The translations under genes and the position numbers were made by a program. DNA of 60,733 nucleotides, counting the filler, from Nemertoderma westbladi (Eukaryota; Animalia; Xenacoelomorpha), in NCBI GenBank assembly GCA_032718475.1. It is 3 parts of 3 records of this genome, joined end to end, with 100 filler letters (N's around TTAATTAATTAA, not from the genome) between each part and the next. Parts side by side here need not be neighbours in the genome. Positions count along the whole stretch, not along the records: positions 19,351 to 46,528 come from JAUCBJ010007478.1; positions 46,629 to 60,733 come from JAUCBJ010008581.1; 1 more part is not named here. One strand, 5' to 3'. Below, piece after piece: positions 39,190 to 50,650 of the stretch; the first letter of the stretch is position 1, and the number at the start of each line of letters is the position of its first letter. Below the pieces are notes generated by a model. It worked only from the letters and a program-made list of their open reading frames with translations, did not search any database and was not told the origin of the DNA.

Positions 39190-40767
39190 TTGCAGAAGTG
39201 AAGGCTGCTGCAAAGAGCATTAAGACCAATCGTGCCAGTGGAGTAGATGGTGTTCCCCCTGAGGTCTTTAAAATACCTGAGTGTTTAAAGCTCATCTATC
39301 CCATCATAGTAGACATGTACCGAACAACAAGAGTCCCACAAGAGATGAAACCAAATAAGTTGGTGCCAGTTCCCAAGAAGGGCAACCTAACACTCTATGG
39401 TTCTTTTCGGGGAATCTCATTGATCTCGATTGCTGCAAAGCTATACAATAGAATTCTATTAAATCGCATCAGGGATCCCATTGAGAAACTGCTCCGTGGA
39501 AATCAGAATGGGTTCCGAAAACGTAGTCATGTCCGTCATGGAGTCCAGTTTGGCACTTAGAAGGATAATTGAAGAGTTATCAAAAAAGAAAGACAGGCAT
39601 CTGGCTGTTATCTTTGTTGACTTCTTCAAGGCCTTTGATTCAGTCTCTCGCTCACGTATGTTCAGAATACTTTAATTATATGGGATTCCTGATGAAATTA
39701 TTGCAGCAATCAGATCGGTGTACGATGGTTCGACAACATTTGTGTCTACTGTTGATGGTGACACAGAACCATTTGAAGTGTTATGGGGCGTCCTCCAGGG
39801 AGACACACTTGCACCATTCTTGTTCATAATTGTGGTTGACTATGTTCTACGCATGTCCTTAGATCATCATAATGATGATGGGGTGATGATAACTCCACCT
39901 ACTGGCTCCAGAAGTCAAGGAAATCCTGCCAAGTACCCAACTTATCTAGACTTTGCTGATGACATAGGAGTACTCTCAGAATCACTAGAGGGAGCCCAAC
40001 GGCTCCTCAGCTCATTAGAACAGGCTGCTTCTAGTGTGGGTCTTTTTATTAACTCCAAAAGATCAAAATTTTGACAGTTAACTTTGAAAGTCCTCAGCAA
40101 GTCTCTGACCGGATGAGCATAAGCTCAAAGGATGGTATGTTCGAGCATGTGGACGACTTCTGTTACCTGGGATCATGGATCCGGAAGTCAGGTGAGGTGC
40201 TTCGAATACGTAAGGGAAAGGCATGGGCAGCCTTGAATAGGCTTTATAGGATTTGGAAGTCACAGAGAATTAATCGGAAACTTAAGGTCCGATTAATTAG
40301 AGCAGCAGTAGTTCCAGTACTCCTCTATGGGAGTCCATGCAGGGCTCTTACTGCTGAGGACACCAAATCTTTGGATGGCACATTCACAAGAATACTGCGC
40401 CGGGTTCATTGTGTCAAGTACAATGCACACATCTCCAACCAGACACTATATATCATTGGAGATGTCTAATTGGTTCCCCCAAGCTTGACACTAGAACAAA
40501 GTCGCCTCCGCTTTGCAGGACATTGCTTTCGCCGTGAGGACCAGCCGGTGCATAATCTTGTGCTTTGGCAGCCTCATGGAGTGAATAAGCATGGTGGACA
40601 GCCCATAACTTTCTTGAGACTCATGGACACTGGCCTTGAAGATGCGGATGATCTAACAAATGTTACGGGTGATAGGGAGTTGTGGCGGCGCAATTTTGTC
40701 GACAATCCGGCACAGCATTCTTAAAAATGCAGCTGCAATGCTTCATGCCGATCCTACTGTAGTAGTA
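39190..40767 (+). mobile_element. 5'-truncated RTE LINE, copy 3, in intron 1 of the PLD-like gene (antisense to it)
   Basis: Same RT with stops and frameshifts; (TAG)n tail; TSD GTGGTTACAACT at 39178-39189 and 40768-40779. Confidence 0.92.
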
Positions 40768-40871
40768 GTGGTTACAACTAAAAAGTAACTACAGTAACTT
40801 TACGTGAGAAACCAAAATAACAATAACACTTCATTCCTACGTTACCAAAAACCTATACATTGGCGACTCAC

Positions 40872-42697
40872 TTGAGCTGAACAACCTGGCAGTCGGAATG
40901 TCCTCTGTACTCCGTGGCTCCGGTATCCGCCATCCAATAGAACTGCAGGTAGTCATCCGGCCGCGGGACCCCATCCCCGTAGTTACGCTTATAGACCTCG
41001 CGAATAAACCCAGCAACCAACTTATACATACACTCAACTGTGGTGAACACCCAGTTGAACAGTTTCATCTGGCAGACTGCGGGATCGGGATCGGATAGAA
41101 GGAATGGAGCGACCGATACGACGATGTAGGCGACGAATCGGCGTCTCTGACGAATCGCGCACCGAATCCTACCGATAATCTCCCTGGAAACCAACCACTG
41201 GTTGCTAGGGTTAACGTCATCGAATTGGAAGTCGTTAGTCTCTATGTAGAGGAACTGAGAGGAACGTCGGATGTGATGGGTGTAGGCCTTGTTGAGGCTA
41301 TCGTCCACCATCGGGGTCCCTATAGGGGAGTCGAGCGCCGCGCGATGAGTCCGTCTCAACGAATGGAACTCCGTAGAATCGGAATCGCAGCTACGGAAGG
41401 TTTGCACCGAGTATGTCTCATCCACATCTCCTCCTATTCCCGAATCGCTGTTGTTTTCCGGGTTACAACTTTCCGGGTGTTCGTAGCAAAGCCTTCCGGT
41501 TGTTACAGCCAGTGTGCCCGGCTCGGATCCCGCTTGCTTGTTCCACCGCTCAACGAAGGTTTTTATGACGTCACGCGTGGTGAATCCTGAGAGTTTGCAG
41601 AATACCGAGTGGTCTAGAAGGTCAACGGCCACCGAATTATCGCCGGTTGATGGCGGCTGCGGCTGGAACTGGAAGGAACCGACAAATACAATCGGTTTGC
41701 TGATTCCATTACATAAACTGCACTTCCCCTCATCTACGACAACAACACTTTGCCTGTGAAATCCGCAGGAAATAAAGTCGCTTTTATTCCCCGCTTTATT
41801 ATTATTACCGGATCCGAAAGAAAAAAATTGTTTCAACTTCGCAAGCACCCCTCCTTGAGATCTTGCGTCCGAAATGTTTCTCACTAAGACATTGGTATCT
41901 TTAAAGAAGTTAATCAAATTGTTCGCACTTTCTGGAGGATATTTCCCGAGAATCGCTACTTGCACTCCCTGTTCCGACTTCCCGGACAATAGAACTCCTA
42001 TCCCGGTGTACGCGTCTCTACCATCCGAGATAGTGAACCAGGGATCGAACGGGCAGTCCAGTACGTAGACGAATCTCCCAGCTCGCTGTATTGCGTTCAC
42101 TACCTCCAACAGATCGTTGGATGTGTACTCATCGAATGAACCTCGATGCGACATCATCATCTGGAAAGGATTATCTACGAACAATTGGCAATAATTACGT
42201 TGAGTCAATGGATAGTAGGATTCGGGTACTTCGTATGATAAATTACCCACATCGACAGGTCTGAATCGAATTTTAACATGAAGACTCCCTTGAATGTTAT
42301 TACTGAATTCTAAATTTCCTGCGACTGTGCAACCTGGCGTTGAGATGAGGTATTCACTATCTATTTGTACTTTACCAGTAACAACCGCTTGATGGCCGTC
42401 TACTCTCTTCAATGTGAAAGTAATTTTATTGACGAAGTGGCAGACATCCAGATTGACCGTTTCGTTCCAGATAATGAGGTCACTGCCGTGAGCCACGCGT
42501 GCGGTTTTCGTTGTTATGGCAACGCGGTTGTCTAGTTGCATGGTCACGAAGAAGCAACCGGAATAGTAGTAGGCCATAGACTGGAAGAGGTAGTCGAGAC
42601 CCCCAGTGGAGCGACCAATATACCACAGACGTGATGACAAGTTATTGGCTTCGTAAATGTCCACGAAAAAGTTGCCATGAAGAAACGGTGAGGGCAT
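40872..42697 (-). CDS. Plant-type (C2-domain) phospholipase D-like protein, exon 1; probable pseudoenzyme (757 aa spliced)
   Basis: FLHGNFFVDIYEA (C2 start), IWNE, YEVPESYYP, SVQTFRSCDS, DDSLNKAYTHHIRRSSQFLYIE and PDDYLQFY align with PLD alpha/beta; donor AA|gtgagt. Confidence 0.85.
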
Positions 42698-43540
42698 TAT
42701 TTTTGATGATGCTATTTCTTTCTTTAAAGATCTCTATAAGCAGCCCCGATCAGCGGGTTAAATTATAAGATAATAACAAAAATATGATATATAATATTAA
42801 TTAAAGGTATAACATATAATATACTGTACACTGTATAATAAAGGGGAGAGTAGGGCATCTACCTCTATTTGGTACTTGTTTATGGGCCCGAACCTACAGT
42901 ATGTTTAGTAACTTTCCCTAAAGACGTTACTGGTTAGACATATTTTAAAGAGGCACCAGCAGCAAAATGCGGCAAAGTTAAAAGGTTCAGTAATAATAAT
43001 AACAATTTATAAACTACAAACCCAGAACCCAGTTACGCCGCTCTGTTTTAAATATAATGGCAACCCGTTGTTTAGTTGTACAGTTGTAGTAGTAGCGTTG
43101 GTTTACGTTGTGATGTTCCTTTCTTAACTCAATTGAAACTTAAGGAACAGATGGTATAATCGTTGTTGCTTTGTTGGTGTCTCTGTCGCCTACCAATCAT
43201 TGATTAGTTTAGCTCTCCTACGGGCAACAGCAGTTAACAGTCCAGTAGGGCCGTAATTATATTTCGTAATATTGACCAATAATGGACGATCCATATAATA
43301 TGAGAGTTCTTGATGTTCGTTATACTGTTCGGAGATTCGGTTCAAACACACGGTGATAAACATGTTCACACTCACTCGACAGGTTGACAATGTCATGAGG
43401 TCAAACGTTAGTGTTTCGGGTCAGAAACGACAAACAACACCGACAAGCCCGTCTATACAGACGAATGTGAACATAAGTATAAATCTATAAAAGTCACATG
43501 TATGAGTAAATAGTCTATGAGATCCTTGGTGTACATACAA

Positions 43541-43808
43541 GGTGTAGCTGTTGCATTGAATTCACATCTCCCGTAGGTCGTGGGTTCGATCCTCGCATGG
43601 GTCAGGGCAGTTCTAGTCTCGGCACGAATTATTTGAAGGGACCAGCCAGGGCGCATCTCTGCCTTGCAACTTCAAGTGGTAGCTAAATGAGTACTGGAGT
43701 TTCCTCTGGGGTGGGGAGTAAAGTTCTGGGGGGACCGCACTGGAAATAAGTCGTCAGACTTTGTGCGTAATCCCTGGCCTAGCGGCCGAAGAAATTTTAC
43801 TTTACTTC
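43541..43808 (+). mobile_element. tRNA-derived SINE (family A)
   Basis: GGTGTAGCTG head, GGTTCGATCC B box, (TTTAC)n tail; reverse complement of 18800-19045. Confidence 0.82.
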
Positions 43809-44122
43809 AGGACTTTTTAACACTAAACATCACAAACCATCTGTAAAGTTGCCATAATATGCATGCATGCAGTCCCATTTACTGTATTCTCTTCTGTCTT
43901 TTGTTTAGTCTTTGTAGAAACTTGATCAGTAGCTGAACTTTCAGTTTCTGTAGCTGTGTCTTTCTGATTGTACAGCTGTAGGCCTACCGGTATTCCTGTA
44001 TTCAGTAATGATGATATTTACATCTATAGTCCAGGATCTGGTGGCTGGGTGGCCAATGTGATCTGTACAGCTGTACATTGCATGTATTGGATTGGCTGTT
44101 GAAAAAGTCAATGTACGTACAG

Positions 44123-44361
44123 GGGTGTAAACGCTACGCCGACAACCGACAGCCGACAACCATTGCCGACAACAATAAATATGAAAATGTAACCTGAGTT
44201 CGTGACTCTCGTTTATTGTTTTGGTTAGAATAACCTTCCATCAGTCCATTGTAACCTGTTCCTTTTCTTTTCCATCAATTAATAAATTACATTAATTAGC
44301 TTTAATAATGGTTGTCGGCGTTGGTTGTCGGTAGTCAGTTGTCGGCGTAGCGTTTACACCC
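44123..44361. mobile_element. MITE
   Basis: TIR GGGTGTAAACGCTACGCCGACAAC / GTTGTCGGCGTAGCGTTTACACCC with subterminal CCGACA repeats; no clear TSD. Confidence 0.75.
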
Positions 44362-44540
44362 AATGTCTGAATGTACAGTGAATCACTCAGTGATGTAATG
44401 CAGTACAGCAGTAATAGGCCTAAATCAAATTGCGGTGAATTTGCCCAACTATACCTGTATACAGCTATAGGCCTATATAGTAGCCTATATAACATAAATT
44501 ATGTTTGGTAATGCCTTATGATAGATAAATGAAATAAGAT

Positions 44541-45647
44541 ATGTCTTCAGGGTGGAATCCATTTGCTGATTCACCACTCCCAATTGGACATTATTACCCG
44601 TCCAACTATATTCAACTCGGTCGCAGTAAACACACGAATTCTATACAGCCTGAATCGCAACAACAACAGCCGATAAACTCCAGTGCAAACGGAAACTTGG
44701 CGAAGTCTGCTTCCCCGGTTGAATATCCACAGTATTACGACAATAAGCCGACTCCAATCTATTTGGATGACAGTATTATACTTGACCGCGATGAACCGTG
44801 TAAATTCGCGAAAGGGGAGGACGTTTCCGACGTCAGTAGCGACCGCGCCGAATCGGTATTGGGCCGATTGATTCGCGAGTTTCGCCAGGGAACTCCAAAA
44901 TGCAAGTCGGAACGATCGAAATCTGATATCGCCGATGATTTTTGGTGGTTGAAGGGAAAATCAAACGTCGAGGAAAGGGGGAGCGAGGTAATTCGATATA
45001 ATTCCAAAGGGAACGCGGCACTGTCGAATAATGTGCCTACCAGTACCAGCACTGGTCGGTTCATTGGTGCCTCAAAACCTATTGATGGTATTTGTGAATA
45101 TACAAATTCAACCTCAAATGACAGTCAATATATTCCGTACAAACGAGAAACAATGCCGTCGGCGTTAATAAAAGGCAGTAGTGAACCGCTACCGGTACCT
45201 GTGCAAATAACAACACGTGAACCGCTTCAAATAACACGTGAACCTCATCAAATAACCCGGGATACGGAACTAATAACACGTCAACCGGTACCAATACCAC
45301 GTGAACCGGTACCAATATCACGTGAACCCGTACCAATAACCGATAGACCAAGCGGCTCCCGCATTAAACCCCGTCCCGAGGACGACATACTGTTCCAGTG
45401 GCGGTTAAAACGGAAGATGGAACTGGCGAAGAGAGGACCCGAACTCAACCGGGACGAAGCCTCGTTGTTGTACCGGAAGAAGGGGGACAACCTTGTTCCG
45501 GGGGACTCCCGTCTGTTGCGGTTCCGTAGAGACGTCGAGGATATTCGTCTGGGAATTCCGACTGAGCGCTCCGTACCGGTTGTTAGATCATCAGTGAAAC
45601 CGTATTATCATCTCGATAGCGATATACTACCAACTAAGGACACTGAG
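44541..45647 (+). CDS. PROSER3-like (proline/serine-rich) protein, first exon; 3' end uncertain
   Basis: SVLGRLIREFRQGTP, DFWWL and PEDDILFQWRLKRKMELA resemble conserved PROSER3 blocks; possible donor GAG|gtgtgg at 45648. Confidence 0.65.
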
Positions 45648-46528
45648 GTGTGGCAAAAACAACCGCGGGACACTGATTTGGGACATAAATCACCGTGTTA
45701 CACTGATTTGGTACATAAATCATCACGGGACACTGATATGGGACATAAATCATCACGGGACATTGGTATGGGACATAAATCATCTCGGGACACTGATATG
45801 GGACTTAAATCATCACATAACACTGATATGGGACATAAATCATCACGGGACACTGATATGGGACATAAATCATCACAGGACACTGATATGGGACATAAAT
45901 CACCACGGGACACTGATTTGGGACATAAATCATCACGGGATACTGATATGGGACATAAATCATCACGGGACACTGATTTGGGACATAAATCACCGTGTTA
46001 CACTGATTTGGTACATAAATCACACGGGACACTGATATGGGACATAAATCATCACGGGACTCTGATATGGGACTTAAATCATCACGGGACTCTGATATGG
46101 GACATAAATCATCACGGGACACTGATATGGGACATAAATCATCACGGGACACTGATATGGGACATAAATCATCACGGGACACTGATATGGGACTTAAATC
46201 ACCACGGGACACTGCTGATATGGGACATAAATCATCACGGGACACTGATATGGGACATAAATCATCACGGGACACTGATATGGGACATAAATCACCACGG
46301 GACACTGATTTGGGACATAAATCATCACGGGACACTGATATGGGACATAAATCATCACGGGACACTGATATGGGACATAAATCATCACGGGACACTGGTA
46401 TGGGACATAAATCATCTCGGGACACTGATATGGGACATAAATCATCACGGGACACTGATATGGGACATAAATCATCACGGGACACTGATATGGGACATAA
46501 ATCATCACGGGACACTGATATGGGACAT
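45638..46528. repeat. 30 bp minisatellite (GGACACTGATATGGGACATAAATCATCACG)n running to the contig end
   Basis: About 29 copies; a 1 nt deletion near 46021 shifts the frame. Confidence 0.95.
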
Positions 46529-46628
46529 NNNNNNNNNNNNNNNNNNNNNNNNNNNNNNNNNNNNNNNNNNNNTTAATTAATTAANNNNNNNNNNNNNNNN
46601 NNNNNNNNNNNNNNNNNNNNNNNNNNNN
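46529..46628. other. Artificial contig spacer
   Basis: N run with TTAATTAATTAA linker. Confidence 0.95.
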
Positions 46629-47927
46629 TGTTTATTGGGATTGGGACTGTAGACCCCCCCCCCCCTTCCCCAAATTGTTCTAAAAATCTTGATGAGATTT
46701 TATAAAAATTAAATCAAATAGTTTATCCTCCCTCCTCCTTGGTGGTTGAGCCAGAATATAGGCCTATATTTTCATTCTCGTTCTTTAGCTACAGTATAAA
46801 CGTTTTTGTTGCAACTTTGTTGCTAAGCCGTCATAGCATTCTTATTGCGTACTGCACTGATGGTGGTGGCAAAAATAATTTTATTCCAAAATTGTAACAT
46901 TACTCAACGCCGTTAACAGCGAATTGTTATTTAGATTGTATTGGTGTTGTAATGTCCCTTGTTTATGTGGTAACCAATGACGGCGTGACTTTACAATCAC
47001 GCCGTCAATGGTTACCACGCAAACAATAAGTGGTATTTATTATTAATTGCCTGACAGCCAGATAGGCCTACTGCATTACCTGCCGGTAGCTATTAATAAC
47101 CAGTAGCTATAAACTATTAACATGGCTACAAACGCCACCATAAATATAAGCTAACTTTTTTATAATATAATTTATGTCATTTTTACATTTATTTATACAG
47201 CAACTAATATAATTTGTGCAGTTTCTATCACTTATAATTACACTGTACAGTATATATGCAATCATTTGTAATGTTACAATTTTGGAATAAAACCTCATAT
47301 ATATTTGTTTCAAAGTACTTTACAGTGTTGTGATCCTCGTGGCTTTATTTTTCACTCATTCACTACGATCGTTCGTGTAACAAAGCACTCGGATCATCAA
47401 GAAGGAGGGAGGTGGAACTACCTCTACTTCAAATTTCATGTAATCTCATTAAGATTTGTAGAACAATTTGGCGGGTGGGGGGGGGGGGGGGGGGGGCAGG
47501 TACCTGAATAACGACACTATATTCCAGGACATGGAGTATAGACGTGAATCACGAAAGGGAAGGACTTACTTCCAAAGGCTTATTGAATAGATTATGATTG
47601 ATTGATTTACATTTATAAGTATGGAATACTGGACCAACAAAACATCTTTCAGTGTGAAAACCAACGTGATAGGATTGTCGAAATAAACAGTCAGTCAGTG
47701 GTTAACCTATTCAGAGAAACATCTGGTGATTTTCTCAGTAATTAATTCACAAGATTACTTTCCTTAATAAGTTTCAAGTCTACAGTAGAATTGATGGATG
47801 CAACCGAGTCAGGTAGACCCAACATTATCTTTGCGACTGTGGTTTTAAATGTGGTCTAATTATTTCAAATGGTATGGTGCACTGCAAGGCATCAATAACA
47901 TATACTGCCTTGAGACATAACGAGGAC

Positions 47928-48742
47928 GAGGCTCGGACAACCCGACAGGTCCGACCCGGACAATTCCGACCCGGATAATTCCGACCCGGACAATTCCGAC
48001 CCACTCGGAGATAGAATGAAATTTTCATGGGTCGGAATTGTCCGGATCCAAATAAATAATAATAATTAATAAACCGGTAATCAATAACAAATATCTGTTT
48101 TCTAGAACACTAATATTTTTCTTAATCAATAGCTAGTATGTTTTAGAACATTTTCAAAACAAATAGCAAAAACTAGCTACCTGTAGTACTAAAAATTTGG
48201 TAGGGGGTGTGCCCAAAACACACTAGTACCGAATACATGCAATTCGAAAAATATTATGCAACTCACATGCAAATTACATAGCAACGTGTCTAGAACAAAG
48301 AAACATCCATGGATACAACAATCTTATGTTGAATAATAAAACAAAAATGTGTTTAATAAAGTAATTATTTATTATTTTTATACTTTTTAAATTATTTGGT
48401 TTGAAATTGTCCAATTCTGGATCCGAACAATTCCGACCCATGAAAATTTCATTTGATCTCTGAATGGGTCGGAATTCTCCGGGTCGCAATTGTCCGGGTC
48501 GCAATTGTCCGGGTCGCAATTGTCCGGGTCGGAATTGTCCGGGTCGGAATTGTCCGGGTCGGAATTGTCCGGGTCGGAATTGTCCGGGTCGGAATTGTCC
48601 GGGTCGCAATTGTCCGGGTCGCAATTGTCCGGGTCGCAATTGTCCGGGTCGGAATTGTCCGGGTCGGAATTGTCCGGGTCGGAATTGTCCGGGTCGGAAT
48701 TGTCCGGGTCGGAATTGTCCGGGTCGGAATTATCCGTACACC
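47928..48742. mobile_element. Mutator/Foldback-like MITE with 15 bp repeat arms (CCGGGTCGGAATTGT)n
   Basis: Inverted arms built from the 15-mer; 9 bp TSD AACGAGGAC at 47919-47927 and 48743-48751. Confidence 0.8.
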
Positions 48743-49119
48743 AACGAGGACTGACTTGTGATACCTAACTGTTTACACCGTAGAACACCTATTGTAGCAT
48801 CTACAGTATAATTTGCCAACCTTGTTTAAAATTTGAAGTTGAACAAACAATTTATACAGAAACATAACTGAAATGTAACATGTGATAGTGGCGTACAATA
48901 GACAATTTCTTAATGGGGGCAGGAAAAATATGAGGTAATTTTTTAAAAATAATTGTAAAAAACAAAGTTACGTTACACACGAAAAAAATTAAATTAATAT
49001 GAGGAAGAATATGCGAAGGAGAAAGTACGTACTGTAGTCTATGTTGTGCGATTACTGTATGCATTATTCCAAAAATAAAAGTTATTTATAGTTTTTGTTG
49101 ATTTTGTTGATTTTCGTTA

Positions 49120-49394
49120 AGGCCTGTTTACACGTGGCAACTTTTAGAGCAATTTCCTCGGCAACTAGTAACTTTTTTTGGAGCAACTTAATTTAATCGC
49201 TGTTTTGATAATTTAATTTGATTATCCCGCTTTAATTCGCCAACGCAAATTCCTTTAAGTTGCCGTAAAAGTTGAGGAACTTTTACGGCAACTTTTTTAC
49301 GTGTTTACACGGAGCAACTTGATCGGCAACCTGGGTTGCTCTATACAAGTTGCCGAGAAAGTTGCTCTAAAAGTTGCCACGTGTAAACAGGCCT
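49120..49394. mobile_element. PIF/Harbinger-type MITE
   Basis: TIR AGGCCTGTTTACACGTGGCAACTTTTAGAGCAA; 3 bp TSD TTA. Confidence 0.85.
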
Positions 49395-50419
49395 TTAGGC
49401 TTATGACAATGTGCCTACTGTAGAGTAGGACTACAGTAGTGCTAATTAGTAAACTGGTAATAGTGCTCCCATATCGATTACTTAGATACGGTTGACCTCA
49501 AATGTGAAAATTACCAGCCCTAATTTACTGTTTAGCGGAAGTAGGCTCCGTTCCGCAGGATGTACAGTAGATTCTATTATTTATAACAATATACGTAAAT
49601 ATTTCCTTAGACTAAAATTTGGTGCTCCGATGATCCTTTGTTTAAAATACAGTAGTTAATATGTGTGCTGGTGTTTATAGTCCAGCTTACAGGTTGATTG
49701 AAACTCAGAAAAATGTAGACCCTGCAGTTTGACTGTATTAAAGATGATATAATTAGGAGAGCTCAAACACAGTCGAAATTTAAAGTTTACTTATAATTTA
49801 ATCCGGATATTATATATATTATATTAAAATCCGGGAAGCGCCCCGGCGCTATAATTAATTAATTGAAAGAAGCCGCATCGATTTAAAACATATAAAACAT
49901 CTAGAAATGCACTGCGCGGACACATGTATGGTTAAAATAAGAACAAGATAAAGTAAAAATACACCGTGTCGTGTACCGTCGTCAAAAATAAGTATCATGT
50001 ATGAATCAACCAAGCTTGCCAATTCAATGAATGGTTCCAAATCGCTAACAATTAAATATTATTTTAATCTTGCTAACAAATAAACAAATTATACTGCTGA
50101 AGCGAAATTAGAGCAGATTTTAGACACTATTACAAAGACATATAAAATATATATATACGAGAGAATGAATGTACTAAATGGATATTATATCACATAATAA
50201 TTCAGAATAAAAGCAAACGTCAGGCGACCAAGCTGGCCAGGTAATCCGTAATCACTAGAAGTCGATAAATAGACATCATATTGATAGTTATTTAGAAGAA
50301 TTGCAAGGCAGGTCGTAAAGTCATCCTGTATCGACATCTCCTTCAACAAAGATTTGGTTTCTTTTTTATATTAGTGTAGTGTACCTGTACACCCGGCATA
50401 CAATTATACTAAAATTAAT

Positions 50420-50650
50420 AATTCATCTGTGCCATTATCTTCCTGCTTCATTGAGAGTTAATTTTACGAGATTTAGACTGAGTTCTCACAGTTTAAAAAT
50501 CGCGCTGGGACGTTGGTCTCGCATTCCGCGAGAGCAGCGCCTCTGTTCCTGTAGCGGTGGCGAAATTCAGTCAGAAGCTCCTAATTTTATAATATTGTCC
50601 GTTAACCAGTCATATCAGGGTAGATTTTAACGCGGTTAATTACAACAGTC
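50420..50650 (+). mobile_element. Non-LTR retrotransposon C-terminal fragment
   Basis: FTRFRLSSHSLKIALGRWSRIPREQRLCSC resembles the post-RT zinc-binding region of LINE ORF2 proteins. Confidence 0.6.

Noticed and set aside
43541-43612. tRNA gene candidates (also ~18975-19045 and ~29345-29425)
   Set aside because: A/B boxes are present but there is no complete cloverleaf, and the sequence continues into shared SINE bodies with simple-repeat tails.
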